From assembly GCF_004010195.1 (NCBI RefSeq), contig NC_057720.1, forward strand, positions 13,781,189 through 13,841,092: DNA of 59,904 nucleotides, read 5' to 3'. Below, piece by piece: positions 38,960 to 50,145 of the stretch. Within the stretch, counting starts at the first letter, position 1; every line of letters starts with the position of its first letter. This DNA comes from Chiloscyllium plagiosum. Taxonomy: Eukaryota. The notes beneath the pieces were generated by a model that did no database searches, was not told the origin of the DNA, and saw only the letters and a program-made list of their open reading frames with translations. A program made the position numbers and the translations under genes.

Positions 38960-41150
38960 CATTGGTGGTGAGAGATTGGAAGCTTTAAGAGGTAGAGGGA
39001 CCTGGATGTCCCAATGCATGAATTGCAACAGGTTGGTATGCAGATTCAGCATGTTAGTTAGGACAATTATAGAGTCATAGAGTCATAGAGATGTACAGCA
39101 TGGTCCAAATTGTCCATGCCAACCAGATATCCCAACCCAATCTAGCCCCACCTGCCAGCACCCGGCCCATATCCCTCTAAACCCTTCCTATTCATATACC
39201 CATCCAGATGCCTTTTAAATGGTGTAATTGTACCAGCCTCCACCACTTCCACAGTTAATAGAATGTTATCCTGTACTGTGAAAATCGAAGACAGCATTAT
39301 GGAGTTATACTTTATTTGTACAGGCATTGGCAGGATCACATTGAGATTGCTGTCTGTAGTGATGTGGCGTCCCTATTTAACGAAACATGTAAATGCATTG
39401 GAGACGGTTCAGAGAAGGTTTAGGAGACTAAGACTTGGAACAGGTGGGTCGTGATCTGAGGAAAGATGGGGCAAACTCGGGTTGTATCTGCTCGAGTCTA
39501 GAAGAGTGAAGGATACTTTGACTGAAAAGTATAACATCTTGAGTGGCCTAGTCAAGTGGAAAGCATGGTTCACCTTGAGAGAATCTAAACTAAATGTCAC
39601 TGTTTAAAAATATGATTCCTTCCACTTAAATCAGCAATGAGAAAACTTTTCTCATGGAGTATCATGACTCTTTGGAACTCTCTTCCTATGGAGATAAATG
39701 TCTGATGACTGGTCTAAATATGATGGGCCAAAGGAGAAAGTGAAGACTGCAGATGCTGGAGATCAGAGTCAAGAGTGTGGCGCTGGAAAAGCACAGCAGG
39801 TCAAGGAACATCCGAGGAGCAGGATAATAGATGTTTCAGGTATAAGCCCTTCATTAGGAGCAGGAGAATCGACATTTTGGGCATAAGCCCTTCATGATGA
39901 AGGGCTTAAATCCGAGACACCGATTCTCCTGCTCCTCAGATGATGAGCCGAAGGGCCTCCTCCCCCCATGCTATAAAAGCTCGATGGCTATAAAGTCTAT
40001 GGTGTAAGCATCAGGTTCCCAGAACAACCCAGCCACAAGCAGAAGGGTGGGGTGTAACTAGCAGTCAGTAGCAAGGGCAAGAGGATAACTCTTGGTGCCC
40101 CCTGACCTCCCAGTTCTAGATATCAGTTCCCTAAAATCAGGCCTTCCAACAATGGAGTGACCACCATTTTCTTCCCCCCACCCCTCTAACTGCTCCCCCC
40201 TTCTCCGCAGGTGCAGTCTGTCTGCATGGGTTTTAGTCGCTATGCATACTGCATGGTAATAGGCCCACCTGCAGCTGGGTTACTACCATCAATTGTGGGA
40301 TCAGGCCCTTCAATGGTCATTTCAAGGAGGGCATTGACAAGTTGGTGGAGTTTGGGGATGAGGTTCAACGCAAATAAGTGTGAGGTGATGCACTTTGGTC
40401 AGCAGAACACTGAAAGAGAAAATAAAAGAGGGAGTACGATTCCAGTGGGACTTGGACATACCAGTGCTCAGGCCACTGAAGATGGAACATAACTAGAGAG
40501 ATCAGTAAATAATATTGCAGTTATAGTCCAAGAGAACTGAGTTGATGTTGAACTTGTATATCATACTTGTTAGACCTCAGCTGGAGCAATGTGTCCAATT
40601 GTGGGCACCACATTATAGGAATGACGTGAATGTATTGGAGGGAGCGTAAAAACTATTTACAAGAATGGCTCCATTTATGAGGGTAGATTCAAGAAGTTGG
40701 AACTGCTCTTGTTGGAGAGAAGGCGGCTGAGATAAGATTTGGTTGTGGCTTTCAAAATTGTGAGTAGATAAGGAGAAGCTGTTAGAGACAAAAAGAAACT
40801 GCAGATGCTGGACCCCAAGGTAGACAAACAGGAGGCTGGGAGAACAAAGCAAGCCAGGCAGCATCAGGAGGTGCAGAAGCCAACATTTCAGGTGTAACCC
40901 TTCTTTTGTTCCCATTCTTAAAAGAATAAAGAGTGAGAGGCCACACATTTAAAGTAAGGTGCCAAACAAAGCGAGGATAATATGAGGAAAAACAGTTTCA
41001 CACAGCGAGTAGTTATGGTATGGAGTGTACTGCCTGGAAGTGTGGTGGAGGCAGGTTCAATTGAGGCATTCAAGATGGCATTGACTGATTATTCAGATAG
41101 AAATAGTGTGCAGGGCCAAGGGGAAAAGGCAGGAGATTGGCAGCAGCTAA
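38960..41150. mobile_element. Patchwork of CR1/HER1 fragments with PLE inserts (39731-39945, 40790-40905)
   Basis: Peptides FNANKCEVMHFG, ALETVQRRF and FTQRVVMVWSVLPGSVVEAGSIEAFK; HER1 3' end on the minus strand at 39070-39250. Confidence 0.75.
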
Positions 41151-41222
41151 TGCAGCCCCTGAACTTAATTCTGGTGGAGACAGGAAGGCAATAGGGCAAG
41201 TGAGGTCTAATACCCCATCAGG

Positions 41223-41452
41223 AGATGCTGGAGATCAGAGTCGAGACTGTGGTGCTGGAAAAGCACAGCAGGTCAAGCAGCATCCAAGGAGCAGGAGAAT
41301 CAACATTTTGGGCATAAGCCGTCCATCAGGAATGAAGCTACTGAGCCCCCCGGCCCACAAGTGTCATTCCTGATGAAGGGCTTATGTCCAGAACACTGAT
41401 TCTCCTGCTCTTTGGATGCTGCCTGACCTGCTGTGCTTTTCCAGCACCACAC
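41223..41452. mobile_element. PLE family A fold-back
   Basis: Arms gtggtgctggaaaagcacagcagg...catcaggaatga and tcattcctgatg...cctgctgtgcttttccagcaccac around a spacer of about 28 nt. Confidence 0.8.
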
Positions 41453-41539
41453 TAATATGCCACTATCCTGCCTCATGACAGGCTTGTCCTACCTCCAAGC
41501 TCATCTGTGAAGAGTCTGCCCATTATATGTTCAATAGAC

Positions 41540-42020
41540 ACTGCACTGCAGCCTCACAGTGCCAGTGACCAGGTTCGATTCCAGCCTTGGGTGACTGTCT
41601 GTGTGGAGTTATCCCAATGTCTGTGGGAGTTTCCGCTGGGTCCAAAGATATGTAGAATTGACGTTTTGGGCATAAGCCCTTCATCAGGAATCCCTGATGA
41701 AAGGCTTATGCCTGAAACGTCGATTATCCTGCTCCTCAGATGCTACTTGACCTGCTGTGCTTTTCCAGCACTACACTCTCGACTCTGATCTCCAGCATCT
41801 GCAATCCTCACTTTCTCCTGGGTCCAAAGATGTGCAGGGTAGGTGGATCGTTCATGCCAAAATGCATCCATTGATTCCAGGAAAGTGCAGGTTAGGTGGA
41901 TTGGTCATGGGAAATGCGGGGTTATGGGATCGGGGTAGGGAGGTGAATCTGGGTAGGATGCCATTTGGCAAATACTCAATGGGCCAAATGGCCTCTCTCT
42001 GCACTCCAGCGACTCTACGA
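41540..42020 (+). mobile_element. HE1 V-SINE with a nested PLE fold-back (41656-41817)
   Basis: The insert is flanked by ctgggtccaaagatatgtag / ctgggtccaaagatgtgcag (41636-41655, 41818-41837). Confidence 0.85.
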
Positions 42021-44282
42021 TGAGACACACACAAACATCAGAATAAAAAAACGGAAAAGATGTTGCTTTCGGCAGCTATTACACAATAATCATTGCAGCT
42101 TTTTAAAATAAATTTGCTGAGATAATCCTCGGCTGCTGCCTTTGACTACACGGCAGCCGAGGGTGTGAAACCTGTGGTGCGACACAAGTGGCACTGTGCA
42201 ACCAAAGGCTCACTGAAATGCTGCATGCATTCATCACAACGTCACTTGCTTTGTTTGTAAAAGAATGAACCAAAGTAAGGTCAATCACACCTGACAAATT
42301 CAATGCTGCTTTTTTACGCAAAGTCTCTGGAAAGAAGGAGCAGAAAGCATCTTTGAAAGCATCCTGAGAAGGCACAAAACATGCAGGAAATCACCAAGGA
42401 ATTTGATGGACTGCTAAATTCTTGCATTTACATTGTCTTTTGCATAATCCCAGGTTGCTATCAAAGAAAGGCAGCGCATTCACCAGATGGCCAATACTTT
42501 AACCCTAGTTTTGCTCATGATCATGTTGCCCCAATTCTGGGAGCTTGCTGTGCACAGGTTGGCCGACATATTTCCTACAACAGTGACTACATCGCAAAAG
42601 TGCCCCATTGGGGCACAAATGCAGGTCTTCCTATTTATTCACTTTTCACAAGAAATGCTGGCAAATTCAATTAAATATGAATTGTGTGGAATCTTACTCG
42701 CTGTTTTATGGGCAAATATAACAGACAACCTAAGCATAGTAAGAGCCCACAGATATCAATGAGGCTAATGCCCAGCTAATTTTTTTTCCTCAAATGTGGT
42801 GGTGCTGTTTGAGGTAAGAATGCCTGAGCAATCAGAAGAATTTGTTGCCATTCTGTAAACTGTGTCATGGGATTGTCAAGGTCATAAACAAAACACAAGG
42901 ATAGACAAACGGGGCTTCAGATTGACCTATCATCTCAAAAGCCAATATTTCCTGACAGTGATGAGCTCCTCAACCTCGCACAGTCAGCCTTCTTTGGATG
43001 TTCAAGTTCAGCAGCAGGGAGTCTCTCTCTCTCTCAAATGCATCCAGTTCTGAAGAAGAGTCATACTGCAGTCGAGGGGTTAACTCTGTTTCTTTCTCCA
43101 CAGATGCTGTCAGACCTGCTGAGTTTCTCCAGCATTCTCTGTGCTTACACCCAGGATAATTCTCTAGCTCAGCTTTGAGATAGTGTAATGAAATCTTTTA
43201 TATCCATTGGACAGGTAAACAGGCCTCAGTTTAACACCACATCCGAAAGACTGCATCTTCAACAGTGCTGCACCCACTCAGATAATCAGCTTTAATTATT
43301 GTGTTCAATGGGACATGAGCCTCATACTTAGTAAAAGCGAACTGAGGTTTAACCTCAGTCCTGCTCTCTTGGCATTTCCATCGGCTTCTGCTTCTGTATG
43401 GCCTAAGGAAATAATTATAGAAGGTGGGGATGGGGAGGCGGAATGATGCATGGGAAGACCAGCAGTGCAACTTGGTTCATTTCTTCATGGTTGGAGTCAA
43501 CAGCCTGAAACATCACTTCCCCTCATCAACAGCTACATTCAAAAAGGGGGCCATCACCACATTCTGAAACATAACCAGGGATGGATAATAATTGCTGACC
43601 TTGCTATCAATCCCAATGTTCTCAGAATGAATAAAGGGAGTGTTTTGGCCACAGTGTGGAAACACTGGAATTCTTGGGATAGACATGAGAACAACTCACA
43701 TTTCCATAGAACTGTTAATGTAGGAAAGTGTTCCTAGCTTCCGCATAGCAGTGCGTTCAAACCAAATTTGAAACAATGCCACAGAAGACAAAATTAGGAT
43801 AGGTGACTGAGAGTTTGGTTAGACAGGTCAGTGTTAAGGTGAATCTCAAGGAAGGAAAGAGGAGTAAAGAGGTGGAATATATTAGGGTGGGACATACAAC
43901 CATTTAGATGCGGCAGCTGGATGTATACTTCCAAAAGTGGCAGAATGAAAATTGGGGATGGCAATAGGCCAGCATCAGGAGTGTGTGCAGTTCTTCCAAA
44001 CATCTTATGAAAGGCCTGAAAGGAACTATTACACAATGGAAGTGAGATTTGCTATTGAATTACTCAAAATATACTGCTGCTTGGAAACTCAGAATAGCAA
44101 AGTGGTGTACACGTCAGTCAATGCTGCAAAATTCCAAACTGGAAAGCAATACTATTTTCTTTATTTCTAAACTTGTTTCAGACAACAGGGAATTTTTCAT
44201 TGCCACTGTCTTCGGTGTAATTCAAAGCTTGTTTTGGTAACCAATAAATAGGTCTGAGTGCACTATCACAGAGCTCCGTTAC

Positions 44283-44407
44283 CTTTTGTATCCACGTCAG
44301 CAAACACTTGTGATGAGCGACTAAACTCTTGCAGTCGCAGTACTGCAACAAGGAATCACAATCTGACACCTCCAGTTCCCTACAGATGAAGCATTCAGGA
44401 GCATCAT
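44283..44407 (-). CDS. Coding exon of a RING-CH (C4HC3, MARCH-like) E3 ubiquitin ligase; first six zinc ligands
   Basis: Minus strand: acceptor tttttatttcaatttcag|AT GAT GCT..., donor AAG|gtaacg. The 125 nt (phase 1 in, phase 0 out) encode DAPECFICRELEVSDCDSLLQYCDCKSLVAHHKCLLTWIQK = CxxC...CxC...HxxC plus the conserved W. Confidence 0.85.
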
Positions 44408-44589
44408 CTGAAATTGAAATAAAAAACATATTAGACAAAGCTATAAGGAGAAAGCATCCTCACTGAGATAGCACACAAGCCCCACTGTTCACAAAGCTGT
44501 GACAAAAAAGTTAAAGATAATTACACAAAATTTCCCAATTTACCCCATTTTCAGACCTAGGTTGATGGAAAGTACAAATGGGATTCTGT

Positions 44590-44930
44590 AGAATCATAGA
44601 ATCTCTAAGGTGTGGAAGCAGACAATTCAGCCCATTGAATCCACACCGTCCCTCTGAATTGGGACCTACCTCCCTACCCTATCCCTATAATCCTGCATTT
44701 CCCATGGCTAATCCACCTAAATTGCACATCCCTGGACACTGTGGAAAATTCAACATGGCCAATCCACCCAATCTGCACATCTTTGGATTTTGGAAGGAAA
44801 ACAGAGCACCCAATGGAAATCTACACGGACATGGGGAGAATGCGCAAACTCCACACAGACAGTCACCCAAGGATGGAATCAAACCCAGGTCTTTGGGACT
44901 ATAAGGCAGAGTGCTAACCAGTGAGCCCAG
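44590..44930 (-). mobile_element. HE1 V-SINE
   Basis: Same family as 1122-1460. Confidence 0.88.
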
Positions 44931-44974
44931 CTCTCTGCATACACAAAGGCTTCTTGTCTTCTTGTAGTTCACAG

Positions 44975-45103
44975 TCCTGACGAAGGGCATATGCTTGAAA
45001 CGCCAATTTTCCTGTTCCTCAAATGCTGCCTGACCTGTTGTGTTTTTCCAGCACACACTTTTCAATTGTGATCTTCAGGATCGGTCATCCTCACTTTCTT
45101 CTC
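44975..45103 (+). mobile_element. PLE family A 3' end with a decayed hammerhead
   Basis: cctgacgaagggcatatgcttgaaacgcc...cctcactttct. Confidence 0.7.
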
Positions 45104-45953
45104 GTGCTTTTGCCAATTATGCAGAAACTTTGTCCATCACTTTATTAAAAAAGGTTAAAAAAGTGAAACCCAGGCATTTTAATTTTTAGGAGAAATTACA
45201 AATTACATTAGTGTGGATTATTGGCATAAACTACTCAGGTCTTTATCTGATCAACTCAAACTCATAGCTACATCAATCGCTGAAGAAAAGATGAACTGGT
45301 TTTCTTCAGGGTTAAAATGGGGTTTTGTCTACAGAGAATAGATAGAAAGCTTTTCAGTTGGTGTGGATCAAATCACTTCTCCCTGAGTCTTCTTCCCAGC
45401 CTCAAGCTGCTCAATTACCTGAAAATTAGTCACAGGGTTGTTGGCAGACAAAAGGCTTCTGTCATTGATAAGTAGTCACTAGTCCATAGACCAACTAACT
45501 TCTTGTTGCCACCCAACTGCATCTGTATACAGAACCTTGAGGCTCTAGTTCGTCTGCAAACCCTTCAATTCTTGCTTGTTCAAACAGCTGTTCATACAAT
45601 GCTGGCCGTAAGTGTCAGGTTACTTGCTCTTCGAAATGTGTAACAGTCCTTCCAAACCACTGGTTTTAAAACAATGCTTTCTCATTTTGACCTACACTTT
45701 AGATGAACACAAAAATAAAAATACAGAGTGCATACACAATGAAGCTCGCTGAATAACAAGTCATCTTTTGAGAAAAACAGAGCAATTAATAACAGACCCT
45801 TTTACAAGATTTATCAACTTTGAACATGTCTCTCGCATGTACAGTGTATGTGAAATGTATGATAATCACTGGAAGATCATGTGTTTATGATATATTTTTC
45901 ATATATATTGGTCACTTGCTCAATTAGATGGAAGTCATGCAGATAGATTCATT

Positions 45954-46259
45954 GTTGTGGTTCTGTTCGCCGAGCTGGGAATTTGTGTTGCAGACGTTTC
46001 GTCCCCTGTCTAGGTGACATCCTCAGTGCTTGGGTGCCTCCTGTGAAGTGCTTCTGATCTTTCCTCCGGCATTTGTAGTGGTTTGAATCTGCCGGAGGAA
46101 ATGCCGGAGGAAAGATCACAAAAGCGCTTCACAGGAGGCTCCCAAGCACTGAGGATGTCACCGAGACAGGGGACGAAATGTCTGCAACACAAATTCCCAG
46201 CTCGGCGAACAGAACCACAACAACTAGCACCCGAGCTACAAATCTTCTCACAAACTTTG
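45954..46259. mobile_element. PLE family D fold-back (arms about 45952-46074 and 46099-46223) plus a 36-nt tail
   Basis: Arms are near-exact reverse complements. TSD agatagattcatt / agataggttcatt (45941-45953, 46260-46272). Hammerhead motif in each arm. Confidence 0.8.
45990..46029 (-). ncRNA. Minimal hammerhead ribozyme motif (family D)
   Basis: Reverse complement reads GCA-CUGAGGA-U-GUCACC/UAGACA/GGGGAC-GAA-ACGU-C-UGC. The plus-strand twin at 46146-46185 shows CpG decay in stem III. Confidence 0.7.
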
Positions 46260-46382
46260 AGATAGGTTCATTAATTGAAAATAAACTGGCCCTCCCTGAA
46301 ATAATGAGAGATGTGTGTGGACTCTTGTGGCTTATGCTGCATTATGGATGATCATCCCTGGAAGTTAGTTAGGGGCAATACA

Positions 46383-46705
46383 GCAACATGGTGGCTCAGT
46401 GGTTAGCACTGCTACCTCACAGTGCCAGGGACCAGGGTTCTATTCTAGCCTTGGGCAACTGTCTCTGTAGAATTTGCACATTCTCCCTGTGTCTGTGTGG
46501 TTTCCTCCAGCAGTTTTAAAGATGTGCAGATTAGGTGAATTGCCATGCTAAATTGTCCATGGTGTTCAGGGATGTGTAGGTTGAATCGATTAGCCATGGG
46601 AAAGGCAGTTTTAGAGGGAGAGGGGTGGAGCTGGGTAGGATGCTCTTCAGAGGATTGGTGTGGACTTGATCTATGATGGGCCGAATGGCTGTAGGATTTC
46701 CATGT
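46383..46705 (+). mobile_element. HE1 V-SINE
   Basis: gtggctcagtggttagcactgctacctcacagtgccaggga head plus V-domain. Confidence 0.88.
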
Positions 46706-47629
46706 AATTCAGCCTCTCTTTTCCCTACCACATCTGATTGTGACGATTTAAAATCTGAAGATGAAAACAGTATCTTTATGTATCACAAGATGGAGGCTGA
46801 GCATGTTTGTGTTATTAACCATCTGCCAAATTACTTTCTTGGCTATACTTGGGAGATATTTCTATGTGTTAGAAATTGCTTGGTATAACACTGTAAAGGA
46901 TGTGAGTGTGCATACTCTGTCCATGTGATTGTCACATGGAGCAATGTTATAGCCGCATCCTTAAAGGATTAGGCAGAGGAGGCCAAAGGATCAGTCAGGA
47001 TAGTTTCTAGGTCCTTTTTTTGTGGCCCTGGGAGGTACAAATAATTCAACTCATTTGTAGGACTCTCCAAGCCCCTCCAGGGGGCACTTGACTGATTCCA
47101 TAACCTGCCCCTGGCATTACTCAAGATGGGAGGGAGGCAAGAAGCAGGAAACTATAGGTCAGTTAGCTTGACATCTGTCACAGAGACACTGTTAGAATCA
47201 ATCATTAGGAAGAATATATCTGCGTACTTTGGAAAACACATGGTAATTGTGATGGGTCAGCATGTTTTGACAAAGGGAAATCATGTTTAACCAATTTATT
47301 GGAGGTTCTTGAAGGAGGAACATCTGTTGTGGATTAAAGGGAGTCTGTCGACGTACTGTACGTGGATTTCCTGAAGGCATTGGATGGGGTGCCATATCCA
47401 AGGTCATTGTGGAAAATAAAAGTTCATGGGATGGGGTGTGTTACATATTAGCACAGATAGAAGATTGCCTGGTTGGCAGAAAACAGAGAGTATGCATCAA
47501 CTCTCTTTGATTGGCAGGATATAACACGTGGATGCGACAAGGTTCCTGCAGGGCCCTCAACTTTTTATCATTTAAGTGGAGCTTCAAGGGAGCTGAAAAA
47601 GTCCCTATAATCACATGACTTGCCTCCAA

Positions 47630-48900
47630 ACATGTTCGATGTAAATAAAGATTAAACACGATGATTTAGTAAAAACATGATAAATGTCAATTTTTCAATT
47701 TGTTCACACCTCACAATGTCCTGAACCTGCACACAGTAAAAGACATTGAAATGTTTTGAGATTTAGTGCTGGAGAAACACAATAATCTTCCTCTGCTTGG
47801 CGAGTTGTCTTCAGATGGGTGGAGGTGCAGTTCACCATGTAGTCAGGGCAGTCAAAGACATTGTTCATGTTTTGATGCCACAGTGTGAAATCCTGGAGCA
47901 GCGCTGTGTGTGTCTTCAGTTCAGGCAATAGGTGGGAGATTGGGTGCGCATTCATCAAGCTCCATAGAGTCACCAGGTATTGCACCTATAATTGCTTCAT
48001 CTGTCTGTTCTGATGAACAGTGTAAGGTGTCATCCAGCTCAGTGCCAAGGTGTTTCCATGGTTGTTTCTACTAGAATCTCCTTGCCAGCTTCACATGAAT
48101 GAGTGAAATGGGCCACAGTTATGGTGATTGGCCTCACATTAATCCTGCCCATTCTCAGCATCTTGTGCAGTCAAAACCCTTAATCCCCTGACTGATCAGG
48201 TATCTATCTCATATAGAGACATATCACATATAAATATACACACAAACTCTGCCCCCACAGAAAGGGAAATCACAGGCATGTTTTTGAACCCAGAGAGATA
48301 GAGGCAATGGGCGATTGTATTTTCTGTCACTATCTTCCAATGTTGAATTGAATATCCTGTAGTCTTCACACCTTCTTCATCATAAATGTGGGCCTGTAGG
48401 ATGGTTAAGTTGAACTCCCGCAGCTTACCAATGGCCTCGGTAACTTGAGAGATCAGCTGCTGTCGGTAGTTGGTTTTCTGGTTGCTAATCACCCCCTTGA
48501 TCCACAATAGGCTTGTGCTTGACTGTGGTATTCAAAGATAGAACTATTAGCTTGATGCTCAGATGCCAGCACTGTTGGGCTGCAAGGAGCAGTTGCTTAT
48601 AATGATAATAATAATCTTCCTTTTCTTCTATTGATACATTTTATCCACTTTCTTCGTGCACATCTGAAAAATGCTAGCGGTCTATCCAGATTTTGTTGAC
48701 AAACTCAATGATGCAATCTCACGGTCCTCAGCAACGACCACTTTCCACCTCACACCTCCTTTCACTCTCACTTTGTTTCCAATTGACAGCCTTTTCTAAC
48801 TTCCCCCACAGCTTTTAGCCCCACTTTCAGGGTTTGAACGTCTCCCACAGAGAGATTGCAGTGACGATTAACGGCTTCTCTGTGATTTCACACTGTGGGG
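47630..48900 (-). mobile_element. Decayed Tigger/pogo (Tc1-mariner superfamily) DNA transposon
   Basis: Minus-strand frameshifted peptide RKIIIIISNCSLQP...NTT..Q...DQGVISNQKTNYRQQLI...W.IVTENTIAHC...SGF matches the DDE_1 pattern (DNCSAHP, PNTTSxxQPMDQGVI). Boundaries are approximate. Confidence 0.7.
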
Positions 48901-49673
48901 CAAGAGTTTGTGTGTATATTTAAGGCTAAGGCAATTAGAGTCTTGATCAGCCGGGGAAATCAAGGGTTGCAGGGAAATGTCAAGAAAGTGAACCTGAGGA
49001 AGGTCAGAATCAACCATATTCCTATTGAATAGGAACTCCTGTTCTTACTTTTTATGATCTTGCATAGTCTACTTTCTGTCCAATTGATTCATGCAATTGT
49101 ATGACCAACCATGCATGCATTAGGCTATTCTCAATTTACCAATCAGGAATGTTGAAATATTATAGACATCCTCCCATTGGATTTTCTATTTTGTGGTGGG
49201 AATAGCTGACATTTTTTCTACAAGCAGAGTTTTGGACTACTCAAATGTGATTCATCAAGGTTTCACTGCGTATGTTGAATAAAGGTTTTAGTGTTCACTG
49301 ACATGGGTGTGGAATACATTCTGTCAACAACCCAGACATGATCTCACTGCATCAGAGGGATGTAAAGGATCCCACTTGGCACTGTTCAAACTCAAGCCGG
49401 ATATGTATCCACAGCAAGTCACCACTGCTTTATAAAAAAACAGATTATCTTGACAATGGACTGGATGTTGCGGCTGTCACAAGGTTAAACTGTCAGCATT
49501 TGCTACCACTACTCTTCTAAAGATGACAGCAACTTCTAGAGTTCACATAAGTTTGGATAAGTTATTGTCAGTGATATAATGTTTCCCTTAAAGGTGTGCT
49601 ATGATGTCCTCCCAGCCCATAAACAAATGGAGATCATACAATTGATGTGAAGTTAGTCTTCTCCTGCAATCAG

Positions 49674-49862
49674 GAGAAAGTGAGGACTGCAGATGCTGGA
49701 GTACCAGATTTGAAAAATGTGGTGTTGGAAAAACATAGCAGGCCAGGCAGCATCTGAGAAGCAGGAGAATCGATGTTCTGAAGAAGGGCTTATGCCCGAA
49801 ACACCGATTCTCCTGCTCCTCGGATGCTGCCTCGCCTGCTGTGTTTTTCCAGCACCACATCT
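49674..49862. mobile_element. PLE family A fold-back with a perfect 15-bp TSD
   Basis: ttctcctgcaatcag at 49659-49673 and 49863-49877; plus-strand hammerhead-like core ctgaagaagggcttatgcccgaaac near 49778. Confidence 0.85.
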
Positions 49863-50124
49863 TTCTCCTGCAATCAGTCTCACAATAAAAAACTTTGCAC
49901 ACCTGGCTGGATGAAGTATCATAAGGTTTTTAATGTCCTCCTGGGATTGTGGTCAATAGTCCCTCTAATTGCTTTGGTATACACTTTATTCAACATGCAG
50001 TATCTTTTAGTTTGTTTGTATGGCTGAATGCATGTGGCACCTGAAAGGAAACAGTTTGCAAGAGAAATGTGGGGCAGACTTCAAGATAGCCATGCAATTT
50101 AGATGGGACTTTGTGAATAATTAC

Positions 50125-50145
50125 CCATGGATTGCCTCTCTAGCC
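50125..50145 (-). CDS. Candidate 21-nt upstream microexon of the RING-CH gene (contains a possible start ATG)
   Basis: Minus strand: caactaactatcttctttcag|GGCTAGAGAGGCAATCCATGG|gtaatt. It has a CTAAC branch-like motif and a pyrimidine tract, and ends ATG G in the phase 1 required by exon 44407, giving ...LERQSMDDAPEC. Confidence 0.45.

Noticed and set aside
45420..45692. AG/GT-bounded minus-strand segment upstream of the RING exon
   Set aside because: Stops in all frames and incompatible phase; at most non-coding.
46383..46455. tRNA gene (also other tRNA-like heads, e.g. 18804 and 51563)
   Set aside because: These are SINE heads continuing into SINE bodies; no complete cloverleaf or terminator.
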